Assembly (NCBI GenBank): GCA_964347045.1
Contig: CAYFXC010000009.1
Location: 32,001 to 96,000 of the forward strand
Length of the DNA stretch: 64,000 nt
Direction of reading: 5' to 3'
Origin: an uncultured archaeon
GTDB lineage: Archaea > Asgardarchaeota > Hermodarchaeia > Hermodarchaeales > Hermodarchaeaceae
In this document: positions 50,165 to 60,159 of the stretch, piece by piece
Layout of the letters: each line of letters opens with the position of its first letter
How positions within the stretch are numbered: the stretch's first letter is position 1
Notes under the pieces: model-generated
The model's database searches: none
What the model saw: the letters and a program-made list of their open reading frames with translations, nothing else
What the model was told of the DNA's origin: nothing
Program-made: the position numbers and the translations under genes

Positions 50165-50920
50165 TTACTTTGCAAACTTAGAAAAAAGTTGCTGAATGAT
50201 CTTCGGGTTTTGAGGAGTGGATTGCTTCAGATATTTATCTTGAGAGAACATTTCAAAGAACTTTCCCATTTCACGGAGTTTTCCAATTATATCCAAGATA
50301 GTCTGTTTCTCGATGTCCATTTGTTTGATAATCACTTCAATATTATCAAATGAAGAATTCTTGAAAAGAGTTGCCGCCTCCATGGAGCTAGGGGTCTTTT
50401 TTGTTGCTAGGCTGATGAACGTATCTGCTAGGTTTGAATAAATTTGTTTAATGGATTCAAGAGTGCTTGTGTATTGTCGACCTTGAAGTAGTTGATAGGT
50501 GATTAGTCTTTGTAAATCTTCTAAAACATGGCGTTTATCATCAGGATATTCAACAATAATTTCCGGAGGAAGTGTAATCGGATCAATTAGGCGAAGGGCA
50601 TACATGTTAGCTTCTGCTTCCTCGATTCCTTCAAACATTAGCGCATTTCGCATTTCCACACGTGCAAAGTGCCAAACAAGATTTGTGTTGATTGTTTTTG
50701 GATCCGGAATGATAATAAAATGCAAACTTATTCCTAGACCATACGGGCTTTTAGGTCCGCTGAGTAGGAATGGGCTTCCTGTATCTATAGGTAAATTCGC
50801 AACAGCTGAATCTACTGTTTCTGGAAGTTTTCGAGGAACTGTTGTTTTGAACAATTTGAGAAGAGGGACAAAAAGTGTCGAAGATGGAGGTTTGCGTTTT
50901 CGCCGGTAAAAAAATGGCAT
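50165..50920 (-). CDS. Hypothetical protein
   Basis: 251-aa ORF following the HTH gene; no family recognised. Confidence 0.65.
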   Translation of the reverse strand: MPFFYRRKRKPPSSTLFVPLLKLFKTTVPRKLPETVDSAVANLPIDTGSPFLLSGPKSPYGLGISLHFIIIPDPKTINTNLVWHFARVEMRNALMFEGIEEAEANMYALRLIDPITLPPEIIVEYPDDKRHVLEDLQRLITYQLLQGRQYTSTLESIKQIYSNLADTFISLATKKTPSSMEAATLFKNSSFDNIEVIIKQMDIEKQTILDIIGKLREMGKFFEMFSQDKYLKQSTPQNPKIIQQLFSKFAK

Positions 50921-50968
50921 TTACAATCACTACCCGACGAAGGAAATGATTAGTTCGAATACATAATG

Positions 50969-51223
50969 CTAACGGTTCATGCGGCGTTCAACGTGTAGCA
51001 TAAAGAGAGTTTGGCGTAAATCTGTAAGATTGGGAACGCGGGCAACAACACCTTCTGCAACCAGCCGTTTCAAAGCGTATCGAACAGTGCGGGGGGCAAG
51101 GTTTGTGTTTTTTACAATTTCTTTACTCGTCATCGGGCCGTTATTCTCGATGACCCGGATAATTTTGGAGGCACTAGGCGGTTCCTTGTGACTTCTAAAC
51201 CATTTCACATTGCCACCCACCAA
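50969..51223 (-). CDS. Small winged-helix DNA-binding protein (archaeal MarR-like)
   Basis: PPSASKI...GPMTSKEI...LAPRTVRYALKRL...G.V...DLRQTLF. Confidence 0.85.
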   Translation of the reverse strand: MVGGNVKWFRSHKEPPSASKIIRVIENNGPMTSKEIVKNTNLAPRTVRYALKRLVAEGVVARVPNLTDLRQTLFMLHVERRMNR

Positions 51224-51411
51224 GTGCTATTCGTTTGGTTTTTAAAAGCGTTTCGAATCCGGAAACGGCAAAAGCCGAAGAAATCTTCGTAAATTCATGA
51301 TTTCCTTTTAAAGCAACCGAATTTGGTGCAAAAAAGACACATTAACGTATAAAAGGGGCAAGAGCTTCACTATCCGGCACCCTACTGCTAAGTAGGACAA
51401 CGGATGGAAAA

Positions 51412-54400
51412 ATGAAAATGAAACAGATAGTGTTTCTTAGAAAGCGTTCAATGACATCTCTAGCGTTTTCAGCGATTCTAATAGCATCAATGTTTATCGG
51501 AATTACTGCTTTACCTGTATCAAATCTTTTGCAGAACGTGTTTAATCCATTGACAACTACGCCGATGGATCAATACCGCCCGTTCTTCGAAGGAGCCGAT
51601 CAACCCAATGACCCTGGGATGAGCAAACTAGCGAACTTTGAGAAAAACCTACATGACTATCTACGAACTGGTCGTATATCAGATGGTATCGTACAAACCA
51701 AAGATGGCATGAGCATTTTGCTCGGTGCTGGTTATGAAATCGATTTAGCCGCACTCAGTGGGCACATGAAAATCCGTCATGTCCTCGATATGGGAATCGG
51801 ATTTATGGTGTTGGGTGACGTTTCATCACCAAGGGACCTTTATCTCATCAATTCACTCGACTATACGGGTCTCATCATGGCTGATGAATACCTAGAAACA
51901 CCCTCAAAGCCTAATTTTGATCCTGGGCCATCCCCCGATAACTTCTTCGTTCGGGATATTATTGAAGCCGATATGGCCAATGCTGCTGGCTATACTGGCT
52001 CAGGTGCAGTAATTGGTGTCGTCGATACTGGTATAGACCATACTCTTACTGATTTGGCAACAGCTTATCACACGAATAGCTCTGGCTATCCCACTGCCTT
52101 TGATCCTGGTGGAATGGGTATTGCCATTACTGATTGGTCAGGTTCACCAGTAAGTGGATATCTCCTTACTGGCGGGTATGATTTTGCAATGCATTGGCCC
52201 TTCTACCCTTATGGAGGACTTGTCCGCTACTCGAACAGCACCTATGATGTGGTAGCTGATAACCTCTTTATTGGAGTCGGCGCAAACGAAATTCCAAGTC
52301 AATCGGGCATCTACAAAGTTGGCGTCGTCTTGATGTCTTCAGATCCTGGAGGACCCAGGACCCGACAATTCGTCATCTTCATGTTGACGGATCCGAACAC
52401 TGCAGGTGTTTATGACACTATGTATATTGACTGGGAAACTTCGTATGCGGTTTCAGCCGATTATAACCATTGGGCTACTCCTGCGCTCCCCGCGGATTGG
52501 GACTTCACAAACAACATCGTCAATGGCAAATACGACTTTAATCCAGCCACGGCGGATGCGCCATTCCTGATGGCGTATGATGGCGACGGCGATGGCTACA
52601 ATGACTTCGGTCTTGGTCTCTTAGCGAACACCTATGACCTTTTTGGATTTATCACAGGTGAAATCGTTCAAGGAATCGATCCCTCAGGAGATGGCTTTGC
52701 CTTCTTCTACGATGACGGAGCCCACGGTACAAGTGTTGCTGGTGCCGCTGCAGGTCGAGGCATTCAACCCATGGACGTTTATGGCAATGGAACGAACTAT
52801 TATTTGACCGGCATTGCCCCAGACGCTGAACTCATGGGCCTGAAAAGGTTCACCTTTGCCAGCGAATTCGAAAGCTGGGCCTGGGGTTCAGGCTGGCGAC
52901 CTGTTGCCAAGGATCTACCGACAGGTACCTATATGGATTGGACTCACAGCATGTATCTGCCTGGGTGGGACGATTCTAACCAAGCCGATATCCTCACCAA
53001 CTCATGGGGTTATATCCTGTGGGAATTTGGTGATGATGACTACTTCTACAGTGTTGATTGGTCTTCCTTTGCTATGGACTACTTCAGCACTGGAGCTTTG
53101 GGATATCCGTACCATAATGCGACAGGCAGTTATCTCAGCAACCCCATGTTTCCTGATGGTGGCATTGCTGATTCACCACTGTTTGTCTTCTCATCTGGTA
53201 ACGCTGGTCCAGGCTACTCAACCGCTGGCAGCCCAGTAAGTGCTTCGGCTCTAACTGTCGGTGCTAGTACAACCCATGCCTACGCTGAGCAAATCTACAA
53301 TCCTGATCTTGAATTCGGTCCTCAGGGATATGACCAATTGGCTTTCTTCTCCAGTGGTGGTCCCACACCAAGTGCATTGCCCAAGCCGGATGTGGTGGCT
53401 CCTGGTCTCGGAGGTTTTGAAATTACACCACTTTGGCGGGCTCAAACTTTGGGAACACAGCCTTTCCGAACCTTCAGTGGAACCAGTATGTCTGCACCAA
53501 TCGTCGCTGGTGTCGCGGCATTGGTTGTTGAGGCATTGGCATTACCAATTGTCGGTGACTATCCGATACCGGCGAATCCGTATGGTTTTGATGGTGGACT
53601 GATTAAGACAATTATCAAGTCTTCGACTGATGACCTTCATCATGCGGTGCTTCGTCAGGGATCTGGGCGTGTGAACGCTTGGAAGGCTGTTGCATTGGCT
53701 ATTGGTAATGAAACTCTTACTCCCGCGGGAACAGACTACTTGATGACATTGATGAGCAACAACACGTTCATCAACTACGCAATTGGCTACCAATTGGACT
53801 ATTCTGTCGTGGCTAACTGGAAGGTTAATTCGACCGCTGCAATATTGCGTGAAGGAAATACACCGTACAATGACGTAACAACCTTCCCTGGAGCCTGGTT
53901 CTGGATCATGATGAGTGGCTATGATGCGCCCTATACACCCAATGCGGCTTATTATCATCCGGGCTCCCATGGTTTGTGGGCTCCCAACGTTAGTATGATG
54001 GATGCAGGCTTCATGGTTCCTGCCCTACATGCTGGTGACACGAAGGATGTTGGCTTTGTCGCAGGTACTGCAGGTAATCCGATCAGTGGTACTGTTGATG
54101 CCGATTGGTATACGCTCACTGGTGAGGCAGAAGCGTCCTTCTTCTCAACGTCTCCCGCTGTAACCTATCCGCTCTTCGGTGACTATCCAGGGATTAACAA
54201 CTTCGATGATGCCTTCATGGCTGATTTCCTGGCTGCTGACTATGCAGTGATCACTCTGACCTATGATACCAGTACGTTTGAGGAACTGTGGGACTTCACC
54301 AATGAATACTTCTATGGTGGAGACACGAACTACGTCTTCCTCTTCGACTGGAATGACACCAGTATGGACGGCATCCTTGATTATTATACAAGTGAGATTC

Positions 54401-56418
54401 GACGAATTGATTCCGATCAAAGCAGTAGCCCACTTCTCCAATTGCATGTCGGGAATCCTGGCGCACAATGGATGGGCAACAGGAATGCAACCATTTACTG
54501 GCGAGATCGAGGAATCGAAACCTTCATCTATCGGCAACTTCTGGTCAACGTCAATATTCGTCTCTATGACCGCGTGGATTGGGACTGGTTCACCTTCACC
54601 CAAAGCGGCGTTGATCCATACATGTGGACATCGACCATAAGCGTACCAGCTCAACAAGCACCTGGCTTCTACGTCGGCTGGATAACCCTTGAACAAGGGA
54701 CTGCCAAAGAATACTTCCCAGTCTTACTCCGTGTGGATGGCGAAGTCATCCCCGGTGATAGTTTATCCTGGGGTGGCTCCGATGGACATCCCTATGACAA
54801 CGGAGCAATCACGGGTGGTGTTCGATGGGACGGAGATGGCACCTATATCGGTGGTGACTGGCGTCACTACTTTGTTGACATCAAAGATCCAACCGATGAC
54901 ACGGGTTGGTACATGGTCAACGTTACTTGGATGGATCCAGATACCATTCTGGACGTCTTCATCAAAGCCGCTGACTTTGGCACCGACTATTGGGTTGGCT
55001 ACTGGGGTGGTGATACCATGACCGCCACAGAATACCTCAGAGATGAGGGTCTAGGCAGATGGGATTCGACTCCCACATGGGATCGACAAAACGTCCTCCT
55101 TGCCGACTATTCTCTAGCGACATCATGGTATCTTGGAAGAGAGGCTCCGATCCTCATTTCGATCCACGTTGCCCAACGTGGTGCCATGTATGCAGTCGAG
55201 AACTTCACCGTCACAGTAACACCTACCAATTTCACAACCACTCCCTACTCCGCTGCCCTCGGAGCGTTAGGTGTGCCTATTGATCCGGTGCCGTTCCCCA
55301 ATGGGAACATCACACTCTATGGGACGAACACACCAATTACCGATGACAGTATTTGGTCAGGTGAGCATATCACCTTCAATGGAACATGGGAGCCCTACGT
55401 CTTCCCAGGTCTTCCAGTGCCCCAACGGCAAGCTGATATGCAAGTATTACTCGGTGCCCTCTACGACATCTCAGGCAGCTTTACAGCCGCTAACGCTACA
55501 CCTGATAGTCCACCACCAAATGACTATGAACTCGAAGTTCCTGATATTTCACCCGGCATGTTAATCGTAGTAGACTTTTCCGCCGGACCTCCTATTGGTG
55601 GAACGAGTCTTGGTCCACACGACCTCGACATCTTCCTCTACTATGGTGAGGCTCAAGTGGCGTCTAGCACGAATGCTGGTAGTGATGAATACATCGAATA
55701 CACGGCGCAATTTGGTGGAACCTATACGCTAGTAGTTGACTATTGGGGTATTGATGATCCGCCCTACTACATCTGGGGTGGTTGGGATTCCTTACCCTGG
55801 CACTTCACCCTGAAGGCTTCCCAGATCATCAGCAATCCCACACCAGGTGGCACAGCGCTTTATGATACCCATACACTTGGTATCAATCTCGCTGGGTTCG
55901 ATGTAACTCTCAAACTCGTAACTGGGACAAGCCTTGACTTTGGTTCTTGGCTCACATACAGTGTAACTAATCTTTCAGTCACAAACTACTTTTCACCCAC
56001 CCTTAGCCTTCTCAATCCAGTAGCTGGTGATGTTAGAGGACCAGACCCATTCTGGTTCAATTGGACATCCAGTGATCAGAACTCGGATGAGACGCTTGCG
56101 TTCCAGGTTGAAGTAAGTAATGACAATGGTCTCAATTGGACCGTCGTCGTGCCTGCAACAACTGAAATGGGTGCGATATGGGATCCCAATGGCTTCTATG
56201 GAGTAAATGCCACCGATCAGATGGTTTGGCGCGTCACTGTAACGGATGGCTTTTTTGAGGTTACAGAAACCTCAGGCGTGTTTGAAGTGCTACCACTAGA
56301 AGTTCCACCGCCACCGCCACCGTATGAGACATATGTCGTCATTGCTGTGATAGTCATTGTCGTCATCATCTTATTGGCAACTTGTTTCCTGAAACGTCAG
56401 CAAACTGCAAAAACCTAA
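51412..56418 (+). CDS. Membrane-anchored S8 subtilase, pyrolysin-like
   Basis: Signal peptide; catalytic D (VVDTG), H (HGTSVAG), oxyanion N (SSGN), S (SGTSMSAP); large D-H insert; PPC-like domain (DLDIFLY); poly-Pro linker plus C-terminal TM. Confidence 0.92.
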   Translation: MKMKQIVFLRKRSMTSLAFSAILIASMFIGITALPVSNLLQNVFNPLTTTPMDQYRPFFEGADQPNDPGMSKLANFEKNLHDYLRTGRISDGIVQTKDGMSILLGAGYEIDLAALSGHMKIRHVLDMGIGFMVLGDVSSPRDLYLINSLDYTGLIMADEYLETPSKPNFDPGPSPDNFFVRDIIEADMANAAGYTGSGAVIGVVDTGIDHTLTDLATAYHTNSSGYPTAFDPGGMGIAITDWSGSPVSGYLLTGGYDFAMHWPFYPYGGLVRYSNSTYDVVADNLFIGVGANEIPSQSGIYKVGVVLMSSDPGGPRTRQFVIFMLTDPNTAGVYDTMYIDWETSYAVSADYNHWATPALPADWDFTNNIVNGKYDFNPATADAPFLMAYDGDGDGYNDFGLGLLANTYDLFGFITGEIVQGIDPSGDGFAFFYDDGAHGTSVAGAAAGRGIQPMDVYGNGTNYYLTGIAPDAELMGLKRFTFASEFESWAWGSGWRPVAKDLPTGTYMDWTHSMYLPGWDDSNQADILTNSWGYILWEFGDDDYFYSVDWSSFAMDYFSTGALGYPYHNATGSYLSNPMFPDGGIADSPLFVFSSGNAGPGYSTAGSPVSASALTVGASTTHAYAEQIYNPDLEFGPQGYDQLAFFSSGGPTPSALPKPDVVAPGLGGFEITPLWRAQTLGTQPFRTFSGTSMSAPIVAGVAALVVEALALPIVGDYPIPANPYGFDGGLIKTIIKSSTDDLHHAVLRQGSGRVNAWKAVALAIGNETLTPAGTDYLMTLMSNNTFINYAIGYQLDYSVVANWKVNSTAAILREGNTPYNDVTTFPGAWFWIMMSGYDAPYTPNAAYYHPGSHGLWAPNVSMMDAGFMVPALHAGDTKDVGFVAGTAGNPISGTVDADWYTLTGEAEASFFSTSPAVTYPLFGDYPGINNFDDAFMADFLAADYAVITLTYDTSTFEELWDFTNEYFYGGDTNYVFLFDWNDTSMDGILDYYTSEIRRIDSDQSSSPLLQLHVGNPGAQWMGNRNATIYWRDRGIETFIYRQLLVNVNIRLYDRVDWDWFTFTQSGVDPYMWTSTISVPAQQAPGFYVGWITLEQGTAKEYFPVLLRVDGEVIPGDSLSWGGSDGHPYDNGAITGGVRWDGDGTYIGGDWRHYFVDIKDPTDDTGWYMVNVTWMDPDTILDVFIKAADFGTDYWVGYWGGDTMTATEYLRDEGLGRWDSTPTWDRQNVLLADYSLATSWYLGREAPILISIHVAQRGAMYAVENFTVTVTPTNFTTTPYSAALGALGVPIDPVPFPNGNITLYGTNTPITDDSIWSGEHITFNGTWEPYVFPGLPVPQRQADMQVLLGALYDISGSFTAANATPDSPPPNDYELEVPDISPGMLIVVDFSAGPPIGGTSLGPHDLDIFLYYGEAQVASSTNAGSDEYIEYTAQFGGTYTLVVDYWGIDDPPYYIWGGWDSLPWHFTLKASQIISNPTPGGTALYDTHTLGINLAGFDVTLKLVTGTSLDFGSWLTYSVTNLSVTNYFSPTLSLLNPVAGDVRGPDPFWFNWTSSDQNSDETLAFQVEVSNDNGLNWTVVVPATTEMGAIWDPNGFYGVNATDQMVWRVTVTDGFFEVTETSGVFEVLPLEVPPPPPPYETYVVIAVIVIVVIILLATCFLKRQQTAKT

Positions 56419-56422
56419 AATT

Positions 56423-56464
56423 GGGGGGTAACCCCCCCTTCCCTTTCTTTTTTCAGTTTTTTTT
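56423..56464 (+). terminator. GC hairpin plus T-tract after the S8 gene
   Basis: GGGGGG-TAA-CCCCCCC followed by tttcttttttcagtttttttt. Confidence 0.7.
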
Positions 56465-56544
56465 GGTCAATGGATTCAAAGAATTTCAATGCTAGTTGAG
56501 TTTTGGTTCGGAAGGCATAAAAACGTACAAAGAATCTTTTGTGA

Positions 56545-57126
56545 GTGAGGTGGTTCTGGTTGGCGCGCCGAATACAACGCCTTGGATTATTTCTTGGGTC
56601 GCAGCTTGTATCTGGCCTGTTGACCTTCTTTGCGATGTATGGTGTGGCAAATGTCGGATTTGCCCTTCAGGTGATACTTTTCGAGGTGAGTCCTCAGTAT
56701 GCGTGGATTCTAATCGGTCTGCTGTGTTACTCGTGGGTTCTCACTTTGTTGATTCTCCCTATTCAAGCGGGGGTGCAGATTTGGAGCCTTCTACGATTAG
56801 AATCGACACCACTTCTCATAACATATTATTTTCAGTATGATGCAACCAGGAATCTCCCTCATCGTTTTCTTGACCCGGTTCAAAGTCGAATTGGGTTAAC
56901 CACCGTTCTCATTCTCTTGATCGGGGGATTAGTCGCATGGCCCATTTTCTCTTTTTATGGGACATTCTTGCTTGTTGTCCGCTTTGGACCACTTTTATTA
57001 ACTCTAGATTTTGTTGTACTGTTTATTCAAGGATTAGCTGTGGGGGCTTCTGCCATTTTTGTCACTTACTTTGTCCTTGCTTCATTAGGTGTACTCATTC
57101 TTCAATGGCGACGACGCGGGCGATAA
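56545..57126 (+). CDS. Hypothetical membrane protein (about 4 TM)
   Basis: Hydrophobic helices; basic termini. Confidence 0.65.
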   Translation: MRWFWLARRIQRLGLFLGSQLVSGLLTFFAMYGVANVGFALQVILFEVSPQYAWILIGLLCYSWVLTLLILPIQAGVQIWSLLRLESTPLLITYYFQYDATRNLPHRFLDPVQSRIGLTTVLILLIGGLVAWPIFSFYGTFLLVVRFGPLLLTLDFVVLFIQGLAVGASAIFVTYFVLASLGVLILQWRRRGR

Positions 57127-57142
57127 AACAAAGGTAGAATGA

Positions 57143-58429
57143 TTATGCGAGTTTATCGGTAAGTAGTTTTCCTAGTTTTCGAATGCCTTTATCGAGAACT
57201 TCAGGAGGTGAATACGAATAGCTGATTCGCATCGTATTCAAAGCCCGTTCGACAGGAACTAATTCGTCCTGCTCTGGAAGATAACTTAGGCCCATTAAGG
57301 GGTAAAAGGCTACACCAGGTACATAGATGATGTCATTGGGGAGCGCAACCTGTTCCAAGAACTGTTTTGCGTCAAAATCTGGGTTCTTGCTTTCCCACCA
57401 TATGAAAAAGCCTCCTGTGGGATCCGTACGGGAACCCTCTGGGAAGGTTTCATCAATCGCGGTTCGCATGGTATCCGCGCGTTGTTTATAGATTTCTAAA
57501 GCCTTGGGAAGAACTTCATCAATATGTTTTCGATAATAAATATCGAGCATCCGTTGCACAATCGTGGGGCTGCACAAATCTAAGAATCCTTTATCTTTGT
57601 TGATTTGTTCCTGTAGTTTTGGAGGGAACACGCTATATCCAATTCGGAGGACAGCTGCTTCCTTGCTACTAGTGCGAAGATATGCTACGTATTTGTTCTC
57701 AGTGTCTAAGGCTTTGATTGGTTTATTTCGGGGTTCACGAAACTGGATTTCGCGGTAGGCTCCGTCTTCCACAATGATAGTATGGTGTTCCATGGCAAGG
57801 TTGAATAAAGCTTCTCGTCGTTTCTGAGGAATGGTGGTTCCCTTAGGGTTATCCGAGTCTGGAACCAAATAAATCATTTCGGGTTTTTTTCCGAGCTCTT
57901 TCTTAGTGCAATTAATCGCATTCTCAAAGTATTCTGGAATAGCCCCTTGAAGGTCCGTTGGAACAGTAATAATTTGAGCCCCGAGTTTTACTGCAGGTAC
58001 AAGAAAACCGAGATATGCTGGACTTGTGGTTAGTATAATGTCTCCTTGGTCGATGCAGGTATCAATAATGGCATATAGTGCCTGTTGAGATCCTGTTGTG
58101 ATAATGATATCGTCTTCGGGCTTGTCATCCGATAGAGTTATACCATCTTTTTCGATAAGCCGTTGTGCCAAGGTTTTGCGAAAAAAGGACTTTCCGCTGG
58201 TGGGTCCATAGTTGAAATCATCGATTACTCGCTCATTATGGCCCACTTTAATTTCTGAGAGCTGTTCATTTCCAAGATCGATTAAAATCTGAGCCCACGT
58301 CTCTATAGGGAGTGCACCGGGTTTCCCACCCCCAAAATAGTAGGGTACGTTGTATTTGAGTAACCGGCGAATCTCAGATTCTGGGATGAATGCTGTCCAA
58401 GCTGCAAAATCATATGGCTCTTTACTCAT
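57143..58429 (-). CDS. PLP-dependent aminotransferase class I/II (LysN/Aro8-like)
   Basis: SEIRRLL, FGGGKP, YGPTSG, TTGSQQAL, NPKG, EDGAY, TSSK..LRIG, PTGGFFIW, MRISYS. Confidence 0.9.
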   Translation of the reverse strand: MSKEPYDFAAWTAFIPESEIRRLLKYNVPYYFGGGKPGALPIETWAQILIDLGNEQLSEIKVGHNERVIDDFNYGPTSGKSFFRKTLAQRLIEKDGITLSDDKPEDDIIITTGSQQALYAIIDTCIDQGDIILTTSPAYLGFLVPAVKLGAQIITVPTDLQGAIPEYFENAINCTKKELGKKPEMIYLVPDSDNPKGTTIPQKRREALFNLAMEHHTIIVEDGAYREIQFREPRNKPIKALDTENKYVAYLRTSSKEAAVLRIGYSVFPPKLQEQINKDKGFLDLCSPTIVQRMLDIYYRKHIDEVLPKALEIYKQRADTMRTAIDETFPEGSRTDPTGGFFIWWESKNPDFDAKQFLEQVALPNDIIYVPGVAFYPLMGLSYLPEQDELVPVERALNTMRISYSYSPPEVLDKGIRKLGKLLTDKLA

Positions 58430-58515
58430 TGCTAATCCACTCTCGTCAAAGAATGCCTACTGTTGCAAAGTGCTTCCTAATAGAGTTTTTTACTCACAGG
58501 TTTCAAAAGTGTTGA

Positions 58516-59040
58516 TTATCGTTCAAGCTTTTCAATGATTTGTTCTGTGAGCATACGAAATGCGTCTTCCACCTTCTCACCGCTTAAAGCGCTGGTCTCA
58601 AGATAGGAACACCCATATCGGTCAATCCATTTCTTAGTCTCCGCTTTATTGATTTCACGTTTTTTCTTCAAATCTGCTTTATTTCCTACTAACAGAATCT
58701 CGACGTCTCCAGTATGTTCACGGATTTCTCGCATCCATGTCTCTATTGCCTCAAGAGTTTCGGGTCGAGTAAGGTCAAACACTAGCATCGCTCCGTCTGT
58801 CTGTTGGTAGAAGCTTGAACGATAAGGTGCGAAACGTTCTTGGCTGGCAATATCCCAGATGATGAGTCGAGCAACCTTTTCTTCTAGTTCAATGATTTTA
58901 TACGCGAAGTCTACGCCAATCGATGCTTTATATTCGCGTTCAAACCGGTTTTCCACGTACTTGAGAATAATGCTTGTTTTTCCCACAGCGGGATCGCCAA
59001 CTAAAAGGATCTTAAACTCATAATAGGGCTGTTTTGCCAT
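58516..59040 (-). CDS. Rab-like small GTPase
   Basis: FKILLVGDPAVGKTS, RabF1 IGVDF, WDIASQERF, LVFDLT, GNKADL, ETSAL; no C-terminal Cys. Confidence 0.92.
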   Translation of the reverse strand: MAKQPYYEFKILLVGDPAVGKTSIILKYVENRFEREYKASIGVDFAYKIIELEEKVARLIIWDIASQERFAPYRSSFYQQTDGAMLVFDLTRPETLEAIETWMREIREHTGDVEILLVGNKADLKKKREINKAETKKWIDRYGCSYLETSALSGEKVEDAFRMLTEQIIEKLER

Positions 59041-59163
59041 TTTCCACACCCGTGCTTAATGTACCTTGTACTCTTTCTTATTAAACTAGTAGTAAGGAAC
59101 AACCTTTCAGGAACTGCTTAAAGGATTGCGCTAAAGACGTTTTACTTCCACTATTTTTTTCGG

Positions 59164-60159
59164 TTAATTCGAGGTTTCATCTTCTAGGGTAGACTCTTTC
59201 CAGCTTTTAGTTCTGAAGAAGTCATAGAAACTTGCTTCAACTACGGCTAGTTCGCCTGGAATAAGATTTTGCTCTCGTAAGGCTTTCAGTAAATCCGGAA
59301 CGCGTGTATTTGGTTTGTCTACGAAAACTTTGAGGCTTCCTCGACCTGATCGAATTGCAGTCTTGATAAAGGGAATTGCTTGGACTTGTCGAAGATTTTC
59401 TTCAGTGAGCCGGTCAAAGGTTATTTCAATTGCTTCTCCTCTTCCTGTGAGGGATTTGATGAGTTCATCAGGATGTCCTTGAAGTGATATGGTTCCCTTT
59501 TCCAAGAGGACTACACGGTTGCAATATTCGACGACTTCGAGGTCATGGGAAATTAACACCATTGAGGTGCCAAAATGATAATTGAGTTGTTTTAAGTAGT
59601 TAAGAAGTTCATGGCGAAGATGTGCATCTAGTCCTGTGGTTGGTTCATCCAGGAGCAGTATTGGGGGCTGATGGATGAGTCCAACGCAAATTGATACTCG
59701 TTTTCGTTCACCCCCGCTCAGGAACCTCACAGGTTTATGCATTAGTTCTTCGTCAAATCCGAGGATATTTAAAATCTCAATGGCTCGTCGCTTAATTTCA
59801 TTGCCGTCAATCGCATACATTCGCCCAAAGAAATGTGCATTTTCTAAAGCTGAAAAAGGAAAGTAAAGACTTTGATCCTCATGTTGGGGCACATAGCCGG
59901 TGGCGTAATGGATTGTGGTGGCCTCTTTTTTCACATCATGTCCAGCTATTTGTGCACTTCCGCTGTATGGTTTTAGTTGAGCTGTCATTACACGAAGGCA
60001 GGTTGTCTTTCCTGATCCTGAAGCACCAATCACTCCGAGGATTTCACGTTCTCGTGTGTAAAACGTAATCTCATTAAGAATTTTAACTCGTCCAATTCTT
60101 ACAGAGGCCTGGTTAAACTCGATGATTTTGGGAGCTTTAGCTTCAATTGTCATATTCAT
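59164..60159 (-). CDS. ABC transporter ATP-binding protein (ABC-2/DrrA-like)
   Basis: GASGSGKTT, GYVPQ, LSGGERKR, LLLDEPTTGLD, ISHD. Confidence 0.92.
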   Translation of the reverse strand: MNMTIEAKAPKIIEFNQASVRIGRVKILNEITFYTREREILGVIGASGSGKTTCLRVMTAQLKPYSGSAQIAGHDVKKEATTIHYATGYVPQHEDQSLYFPFSALENAHFFGRMYAIDGNEIKRRAIEILNILGFDEELMHKPVRFLSGGERKRVSICVGLIHQPPILLLDEPTTGLDAHLRHELLNYLKQLNYHFGTSMVLISHDLEVVEYCNRVVLLEKGTISLQGHPDELIKSLTGRGEAIEITFDRLTEENLRQVQAIPFIKTAIRSGRGSLKVFVDKPNTRVPDLLKALREQNLIPGELAVVEASFYDFFRTKSWKESTLEDETSN

